Virus record (IMG/VR): IMGVR_UViG_3300025133_000073
Location: 11,407-75,406 of that record
Direction: 5' to 3' (one strand)
DNA length: 64,000 nucleotides
DNA from: a virus
Position numbers and translations under genes: made by a program. Below the pieces are notes generated by a model. It was not told the origin of the DNA and made no database searches. It saw only the letters and a program-made list of their open reading frames with translations. Position 1 is the stretch's first letter, and each line of letters opens with the position of its first letter. Of the stretch, positions 58,105 to 64,000 are shown piece after piece.

Positions 58105-58870
58105 TAAAGATATTGCTCTTCGGAGTATTCGTACGCCTTCGGTACGTTAGGATAAACCAGTAATGGTATAAAGTGATGCTCTTGTGGTAAGGGTGTTGCG
58201 CAGTGTTTCGGCACTGTCCACTGAAAGGCATTGTACCTCGTACACTGTGGTGGGATAAGTCCTTCAAGGCATCTCAGTAGTGTATATTCCTTGACGAGCA
58301 GGGAATTGAGTGTGAAAGCACAATAGGTGGGTATGATGGACATTGGTAGTATAGATCGCCGTCTACAAGCCAATGTCAGTAGAGACTGTGCTGAAGCGTT
58401 GTGAGAAATCACGTGTGTTTAAGCATCTCATGCAATGATAGCCTTGGCAGGCATATTATAGAGTGAAGTGACGTCTAAACTCTTCAAAAGAGAGCATGGT
58501 GTCATCCTTCTCAGGACTTCACTTATAACCTCGGAACCGCATTAAAAAGAAAGGGCTTCATGCCTTGCTTATTAAGCGAAAAGACACTGAGAAGACCATA
58601 GGGTTACAATGACCTTATTCTGCTGTAATATGCAGACATCTGAAGCTCTCAAGGCTGATGATGAGTGGAACAAGTACTATCTGTAGTGAGACGACAGTCT
58701 CTTTAGCTCGTAAGGCATGCGGTAAGAACGGGAAACTATATGCTCTGTGGTAATGTGTGCGGGACACTATCCCGTGGTCATGTCGTCTATTGTGTCGTAA
58801 GATGCAGTGTGCATGGATTGTCGAAAGACGGTCAGATGATGACATGAAAGGCCAAGTGCTCAACCTTTCA
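58105..58870 (+). ncRNA. Candidate large structured ncRNA B (~770 nt); boundaries approximate
   Basis: Three TTCG-loop hairpins, GAAA and GTAA tetraloops, nested long stems; no credible ORF. Confidence 0.6.
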
Positions 58871-58903
58871 ACCTTTTTATTAACCAATTAAAACAAGATC
58901 GTT

Positions 58904-59194
58904 ATGCCTGATACATCAACAACCCAATTAGTATTACGTGTTACCATGTACGCTGATGAAATAACAGCGTCAGCAAGAGTATTAACTGCAAAAGAGCCTA
59001 CTAAGGTACCTTATAATAATGTGACCAAAGCTCTATTGAAGGATAAAGAGTATTCTGTAGTAGCTAAGGTAACACCTCTTCAAGTGACCTTGGAGTATGT
59101 AATATCTGAGGATGCTGCAAATATGCTTATTGCATTGAATAATGAAACAAGTGAGTTACAAAAAGCCTTTGCGGGCACAGCAGAAATAACATGA
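58904..59194 (+). CDS. Hypothetical protein (96 aa)
   Basis: A-rich leader; ATGA overlap with the next gene. Confidence 0.65.
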   Translation: MPDTSTTQLVLRVTMYADEITASARVLTAKEPTKVPYNNVTKALLKDKEYSVVAKVTPLQVTLEYVISEDAANMLIALNNETSELQKAFAGTAEIT

Positions 59195-59592
59195 GATATA
59201 TAATAGTATTACTCAGTGTATTATCCATAGGATGTACAAAGAATATTGTGAAGGACATTGATGTTACTGTTGAAAGACAGTCAGCATTCAGTATAGATCA
59301 CATACTACTTACCATTGATGCACAGCATAGTGCTTCATTTGGTGAGAATATTGAGCCATTTGTGCTTGATATCATTATTACTGCATTACCTGTTACTGAT
59401 GTTACCAATGAAGAGCTGTGGTTGTATACTACAAACCTTTATGAGGTCACTGAAACAGTATCAATAAGCTCATCAGAGTTTGTTGCATGTAATGGTAAGA
59501 TGGTGTATAGTAAAGGACATGCGTTTACGTCCATCATACATACAGAATATCAACGTTTTTACACATTTACTCACGAGATCCGAATAAGATGA
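59191..59592 (+). CDS. Putative lipoprotein (133 aa)
   Basis: MRYIIVLLSVLSIG-C lipobox-type signal. Confidence 0.65.
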   Translation: MRYIIVLLSVLSIGCTKNIVKDIDVTVERQSAFSIDHILLTIDAQHSASFGENIEPFVLDIIITALPVTDVTNEELWLYTTNLYEVTETVSISSSEFVACNGKMVYSKGHAFTSIIHTEYQRFYTFTHEIRIR

Positions 59593-59954
59593 GACTGATC
59601 AAAGTAATATATCTATGGCTTTTGCCTATACTGAATGTGATATTGATAGCAGTAGCTCTGTTCCCAGAGTATGTGTACGGAGATATTGATGTTAATGAGA
59701 GCATGTTACGCATCTTAGCAGGTATGTTGACCATCATATGTCTGTTCCTGTACATTATTGTCAGGAAATATGTCAATTTGATGGAGACACCGTTGTCTTT
59801 TGATGATTGGTATGATAGTTATGGAGAGCTCATTGCTATTAAGCATGCAGAGAGTGGTAGAGATAGAGAGCTCGGTTACGATGCTGATCGAGCTTATGAA
59901 GATGAGTATGAATATTACTTGACATTCTTCCCAGAGAAGAACAGGTATGACTAA
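59589..59954 (+). CDS. Two-TM membrane protein (121 aa)
   Basis: Two hydrophobic helices and an acidic tail; paralogous to 61698-62003. Confidence 0.65.
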   Translation: MRLIKVIYLWLLPILNVILIAVALFPEYVYGDIDVNESMLRILAGMLTIICLFLYIIVRKYVNLMETPLSFDDWYDSYGELIAIKHAESGRDRELGYDADRAYEDEYEYYLTFFPEKNRYD

Positions 59955-59965
59955 AAAGGAAGAGA

Positions 59966-60826
59966 ATGAGACAGCTTAAAATAGTTAGATCGATCACTAA
60001 TCGTGAGAACGCATCATTTGATAAGTATTTACAAGAGGTCAGTAAAGAGGAGATGATCAATGCTGAACAAGAGATAGCATTGGCACGTAGGATCAAACAA
60101 GGTGATCAAGCAGCTTTAGAGAAGCTGACCAAAGCAAACCTTCGTTTTGTGATATCAGTTGCCAAGCAGTATCAGAATCAGGGATTGAGTCTTCCTGACC
60201 TTATCAGTGAGGGAAATGTGGGGATGATGAAAGCAGGGATGCGATTTGATGAAACGAGAGGTTTCAAGTTCATTTCGTATGCTGTATGGTGGATACGTCA
60301 ATCCATATTACAGGCATTGGCAGAACATGCAAGGGTAGTGCGTCTACCGTTGAATCAGATCGGTTTGTTGAATAAGATCTATAAGATGATCTCTAAATTA
60401 GGACAGGAATTAGAACGAGAGCCTTCTATACAAGAGATCGCAGATGCAATGAATATGTCTGAGGATAAGGTAGCAGATGCATTACGTGTCTCAGGACATC
60501 AGGTATCATTGGATGCTCCTTTTATACAAGGAGAGGATAATGGTCTCTTAGATGTCATTGAGAATCATGATTCACCTCGTGCTGATGAAGCATTGATGAA
60601 TGAGTCATTGAACAAAGAGATAGAGCGTGTACTCAGTAAGCTTGATGAGCGTGAAAGGGACATATTAGTGATGTTCTTCGGTATAGGAAGATCTCATGGA
60701 TGTTCCTTGGATGAAGTGAGTGACGCTTTCAATCTTACGAAAGAGCGTGTTCGTCAGATCAAACTGAGAGCACTTGGGAAGCTGCGTTATACATCGCGCA
60801 GTAAACTGTTGAAGCAATTTCTGTAA
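59966..60826 (+). CDS. rpoD: Sigma-70 family factor, Bacteroidota primary-sigma (RpoD/SigA) type (286 aa)
   Basis: MRQLKI..SITNRE..S.DKYLQE, ANLRFVISVAKQYQNQG, FDETRGFKFISYAVWWIRQSILQALAE and LTKERVRQI. Lacks region 1.1, like the Bacteroidota housekeeping sigma. Confidence 0.95.
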   Translation: MRQLKIVRSITNRENASFDKYLQEVSKEEMINAEQEIALARRIKQGDQAALEKLTKANLRFVISVAKQYQNQGLSLPDLISEGNVGMMKAGMRFDETRGFKFISYAVWWIRQSILQALAEHARVVRLPLNQIGLLNKIYKMISKLGQELEREPSIQEIADAMNMSEDKVADALRVSGHQVSLDAPFIQGEDNGLLDVIENHDSPRADEALMNESLNKEIERVLSKLDERERDILVMFFGIGRSHGCSLDEVSDAFNLTKERVRQIKLRALGKLRYTSRSKLLKQFL

Positions 60827-60929
60827 AAGGTATAGCAGGTGTACATTCTTAGAATATCACAAGAAGTATGACCATGATGTAATTGGTGATAAGGACAAAC
60901 GAAACATTACAAACTTAATAATAACAAGC

Positions 60930-61340
60930 ATGAAAACTCAATACAAAATAAAGGTAAATTTTTCACAGATTGCGGGAGATAAGAAAGGTCTCATGAACGC
61001 AAGTGTGGCAAGAGTGATAGGAACAGATCTTACTGTCTTCCTGGCTGAATGTCTTGAAGGGAAAGTAGATGAGGCGTCAAATAATGTCATCCTAATGGAT
61101 GATCCTCTTGAGCCTGAGTTGGCAGGGATGATATCACGCACATTCCCTGCATGTGACCTTACTGAAGCGGTTGAAAAGCCTAAGAAGAAGGTAGGTAAAG
61201 TGAGAGTAGTGAAGCCTAAAGAGGTTGATCCATTTGAGGGTCTGCCTTTGACAGCTGCTCTTAAGACACAGTTGAGAAAGTTTCAGGCTGACGGTAAGGG
61301 TATTGTCAAAATAATTGATCTCGGTGATCCAAAGCCTTGA
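60930..61340 (+). CDS. Hypothetical protein (136 aa)
   Basis: A-rich leader; co-oriented. Confidence 0.65.
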   Translation: MKTQYKIKVNFSQIAGDKKGLMNASVARVIGTDLTVFLAECLEGKVDEASNNVILMDDPLEPELAGMISRTFPACDLTEAVEKPKKKVGKVRVVKPKEVDPFEGLPLTAALKTQLRKFQADGKGIVKIIDLGDPKP

Positions 61341-61357
61341 GTGTTAGTTGGTGAATA

Positions 61358-61410
61358 CCGTATGTGTTATCGTACAGACAGGGGTGTCTGTGCGGTGACC
61401 ATGCGGATTT
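61358..61410 (+). terminator. Long intergenic hairpin (terminator or processing site)
   Basis: CCGTATG..TTATCGTACAGACA-GGGG-TGTCTGTGCGGTGA..CATGCGG followed by ATTTT. Confidence 0.5.
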
Positions 61411-61437
61411 TAAATAGTATCAATCAATCTAAAGATC

Positions 61438-61701
61438 ATGACAATATATGATATTCTTGCCATCTTAGCATGGTTAATCGTTGTAATACGACCTCTATGG
61501 GTGATGTTTGTAGTGTGGATAGTGTCCAGAGGACCTCATAGTCCTTCAGATGCATTGAAACATAAGGTGATAGAGCTTAAGAGAGGGTTTCCCGCTTGGA
61601 TGGCTGTTGCTATTACACTGACATATAATTGGTGGACAGTATATTGGACAATAGCGTCCATATATGTACTTGTTTATCATGGACTCATCTCATTCCCATG
61701 A
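61438..61701 (+). CDS. Membrane protein (87 aa)
   Basis: Hydrophobic and Trp-rich. Confidence 0.6.
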   Translation: MTIYDILAILAWLIVVIRPLWVMFVVWIVSRGPHSPSDALKHKVIELKRGFPAWMAVAITLTYNWWTVYWTIASIYVLVYHGLISFP

Positions 61702-62003
61702 AGGTAGTATTACATATCATTTATACATACTGTCTTCCTATCTTGGGAGCAGTATTCGTACTCACGGCAATATTTCCTGAGTATTTTTATCCAGGGATAC
61801 ATGTGAACAGGAGTGCTATGTTGGTAGCAACTCTGATAATGTTCTCATGTACCATAGTGATATCTATCACTATAAGAACAATAATGAATAACCAACAGGA
61901 CGAAGCTGAACATCCTGAACATAGTAGGCTCTTTATCAAATATAGAAATGATGAAAACAATATTAGGTCTGATTGTCGTTGCGATGATGACATCATGTGG
62001 TAG
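61698..62003 (+). CDS. Two-TM membrane protein (101 aa), paralogue of 59589-59954
   Basis: Start at MKVVL (ATGA overlap); shares LPIL...FPEY.Y..I.VN.S. Confidence 0.6.
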   Translation: MKVVLHIIYTYCLPILGAVFVLTAIFPEYFYPGIHVNRSAMLVATLIMFSCTIVISITIRTIMNNQQDEAEHPEHSRLFIKYRNDENNIRSDCRCDDDIMW

Positions 62004-62265
62004 TAGTTACATGACAATAGAAGCAGTGGACGATGGTGAACTCTCATACATTAAACATGGTGTAGTGAGGGGTCTTGTGTTCATAGGTGACACGTTGGTC
62101 ATCGAACATTATGTGAATGAGCTATCACCACGTGTGAGAACCTCAGTGTATGGATTCTATAAAGATACTGTACCATCAATAGATGTATTAGAGTATACTG
62201 ACACAGATGGTGCAAAGAGGAAGGATGTGTGGACATATGAACTGGTAACCGTAGTAAATTTTTAA
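61948..62265 (+). CDS. Putative lipoprotein (105 aa)
   Basis: MKTILGLIVVAMMTS-C lipobox-type signal. Confidence 0.65.
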   Translation: MMKTILGLIVVAMMTSCGSSYMTIEAVDDGELSYIKHGVVRGLVFIGDTLVIEHYVNELSPRVRTSVYGFYKDTVPSIDVLEYTDTDGAKRKDVWTYELVTVVNF

Positions 62266-62267
62266 CC

Positions 62268-62720
62268 ATGGCGAAAAAGAAAGAGAAGAAGAAGAAACCT
62301 CTCATAGATGATGAGAAAAGGATAACCCTGATAGAGGGTGTATCAGTGACCAAGAAGGATCTTGCAGAGAATATAGATCTTACACCTATCAACAGTACAG
62401 CGCTTGATCTTAATGTCGATGAAGAGTGCCAACAGTTGCATGACGTATTCAAAATGACCGAAGCAGAATTCGGAGAAATGGTCAAGAAGGTACATGCTGC
62501 ATTGTTCAGGAACAATATCGTAGGTCCTGCATTGAAACAGGTCATAGCAGCTCAAAGTGATGCAGAGAAGGGTATCCTTGCTGCATATCTTATGGGACGT
62601 ATCATGGAAGAAATGATCCAGGAGTCACGTAATGCTGCAGAGATGAAGACGATGATGAAAGAAATGCAAGGAGCTCCTCCTATGATGGGATCAATGGGTG
62701 GTCCACAAGGAGAAGCATAA
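62268..62720 (+). CDS. Hypothetical protein (150 aa)
   Basis: Co-oriented; Lys-rich N-terminus and Met-rich C-terminus. Confidence 0.65.
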   Translation: MAKKKEKKKKPLIDDEKRITLIEGVSVTKKDLAENIDLTPINSTALDLNVDEECQQLHDVFKMTEAEFGEMVKKVHAALFRNNIVGPALKQVIAAQSDAEKGILAAYLMGRIMEEMIQESRNAAEMKTMMKEMQGAPPMMGSMGGPQGEA

Positions 62721-62944
62721 TGAGTTGGGAGGTAATGTTAACCATAGTATCAGTAGTTCTGGTGCTATGGTTATTACTCCGTCTCATATTCTCAGATAAA
62801 CACAATGACGAAGGATGTCTTGATAATGAATCCCAACAATACCATGTGTTTACTCTCAAGAGTGCGATGGAAGAATCAACCGAAGCTCAGTGTAAGTTTT
62901 GTCAAAAGAAGTTTAAACATTGTAAAAACATCAGAATATTATGA
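62720..62944 (+). CDS. Small TM protein with CxxC (74 aa)
   Basis: TAATG overlap; N-terminal TM helix. Confidence 0.55.
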   Translation: MSWEVMLTIVSVVLVLWLLLRLIFSDKHNDEGCLDNESQQYHVFTLKSAMEESTEAQCKFCQKKFKHCKNIRIL

Positions 62945-63159
62945 AGGTAGGTATGACAACGAGCCCTGTAACGGGTCAGAAAGTGCTTGTAATGCAAGTG
63001 GAACAGCAGAATGAGATCGTAACACGTGACGTAGGTAAGTGTAATCCTGAAAGGGTGCAGCTCTTCGGTGAAGAAGGTAACTGTTACAATTATGTGACAC
63101 TTGAGAACTATGGTAATCGTTCTTTGATCGAATTAAAGAGGAGAAAGAGGATCAAATAA
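62941..63159 (+). CDS. Hypothetical protein (72 aa)
   Basis: ATGA overlap with the upstream gene. Confidence 0.55.
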   Translation: MKVGMTTSPVTGQKVLVMQVEQQNEIVTRDVGKCNPERVQLFGEEGNCYNYVTLENYGNRSLIELKRRKRIK

Positions 63160-63160
63160 C

Positions 63161-63168
63161 TACTTTTG
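63161..63168 (+). promoter_or_regulatory. -7 promoter box TACTTTTG, 12 nt upstream of the tmRNA
   Basis: TAnnTTTG match. Confidence 0.6.
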
Positions 63169-63180
63169 TATCTAATATAT

Positions 63181-63682
63181 GGGGGCGACTGGTTTTTGAC
63201 AGCAACACCTAAGTATAGTAACATGCACGTGAGATGATATCACTAAACACGTATGAAATACGGTATCAAAACGCTTAACTGGCGAAACAAAAGTTGTAAA
63301 TCTTTTTGACAACGTTCAGAACGTTGTGCAGGAAGTACGTTTGGCAGCGTAAAAATGCTACCCTCATCACTTGTGGTGGGGGACTTATTGTTCAATTGAG
63401 TATCTGGCATTAAGAGGAAGTCAGACTAAGCTATTCCTGCATTCACAAATAGTAAGTAACTATATAATGCTTACAACGGGAACACATACTACGGGTAACA
63501 ATCAAGGATAGGTCGTAGTATGGATGGGTGAGATAAACAAGGCTTAGTTGAACATCGCATTGATTTCCTGTTTTGAATAAAGCAGGTGGTGGAGCCGACC
63601 GTTAGGTCAGCCTAAAAGTAAGCATGTATAATTATTATATTGACAGTATTGTTGGACGAGGGTTCGATGCCCTCCGTCTCCA
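63181..63682 (+). ncRNA. ssrA: Transfer-messenger RNA (tmRNA); tag GETKVVNLFDNVQNVVQEVRLAA* at 63281-63352
   Basis: 5' GGGGGCG pairs with 3' CGTCTCC-A with a G3.U wobble; GG...TTTGAC D-loop analogue; T-arm GAGGG-TTCGATG-CCCTC; TAACT-GGC resume context; tag ends LAA-stop. CCA is not encoded. Confidence 0.93.
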
Positions 63683-63710
63683 CTTTTATAAACAATCTAA
63701 AGCTAAACAA

Positions 63711-64000
63711 ATGGGAGCGAATAGAAAGAGAGTAAAGGTACATATGCTGCCTACAGATAAACCAAGCTTCATAGCAAAAGGTAAAATTGATGGGATTTTA
63801 GCTCTTAATCATGATCACCCCTTTGATTCTGTACAGTGGCAAAACCAACACCTCTACTTCACAACTTCTGAAAAGATAAAAGAGGGTGACCCTGTGGTAT
63901 GGAATGATAAAGTAGAAAGGGCAGGGAATAATCAGCTTGGTAGAAAAATCATCGCAACAACTGATCCTAAGTTGATAAAGGATGGAGTTGCTCAAATACC
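63711..64000 (+). CDS. Partial hypothetical protein (MGANRKRVKVHMLPTDKPS...QHLYFTTSEKIKEGD...KIIATTD), truncated at the right edge
   Basis: Translated by hand; open to the window end; motif style seen in Bacteroidota phage proteins. Confidence 0.7.
   Translation, partial: MGANRKRVKVHMLPTDKPSFIAKGKIDGILALNHDHPFDSVQWQNQHLYFTTSEKIKEGDPVVWNDKVERAGNNQLGRKIIATTDPKLIKDGVAQI

Noticed and set aside
58655-58700. Hammerhead ribozyme (CTGATGA)
   Set aside because: No stem II followed by GAAA in the required position.
58372-58702. Group I intron core (CAGTAGAGACTG ... ACAGTC resembling P7)
   Set aside because: No convincing P4/P6 or J8/7 consensus and no interrupted host gene. Kept only as a long-range helix; a covariance-model search is needed to exclude it fully.
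56894-58870. CRISPR array, tRNA cluster or RNase P RNA as the explanation of the non-coding stretches
   Set aside because: No direct repeats with spacers, no cloverleaf with a TTCGA T-loop, and no GAGGAAAGTCC-type RNase P signature seen.
63655-63682. Stand-alone tRNA suggested by the GGTTCGA T-arm
   Set aside because: Its acceptor partner lies ~500 nt upstream with a tag ORF in between, so it is the tmRNA 3' end.
1-64000. Stop-codon reassignment (TAG or TGA), known in some crAss-like phages
   Set aside because: Very long ORFs are intact in the standard code, genes tile tightly, TAG and TGA both serve as real stops, and no suppressor tRNA was seen.

Overview
A 64-kb segment of a crAss-like (Crassvirales-type) bacteriophage with a Bacteroidota host, read in the standard genetic code. 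Positions 1-56.2 kb are a minus-strand late/virion region. In transcription order it holds small genes, an HU/IHF-like protein, a GroES-like protein, terminase, portal, scaffold-like protein, major capsid, ring and auxiliary capsid proteins, tail hub/fibre genes with an embedded SET-domain gene, holin and lysis candidates, a metallophosphoesterase, and tail ring/tube/muzzle genes. It ends with giant injected cargo proteins: a lysozyme-bearing protein, a 3680-aa virion RNA polymerase with the DFDID motif, and a 2641-aa polyvalent protein with ART-like and zincin motifs. After a strand switch at about 56.3-56.6 kb, a plus-strand (probably early) region carries two ~800-nt non-coding stretches densely packed with hairpins and stable tetraloops (candidate large ornate ncRNAs), a close homologue of the Bacteroidota primary sigma factor, small membrane proteins and lipoproteins, and an unusually long tmRNA with a 23-aa tag. 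Bacteroidota-type TAnnTTTG promoter boxes lie just upstream of several late operons and of the tmRNA. Family assignments come from motif recognition and synteny only; no searches were run.
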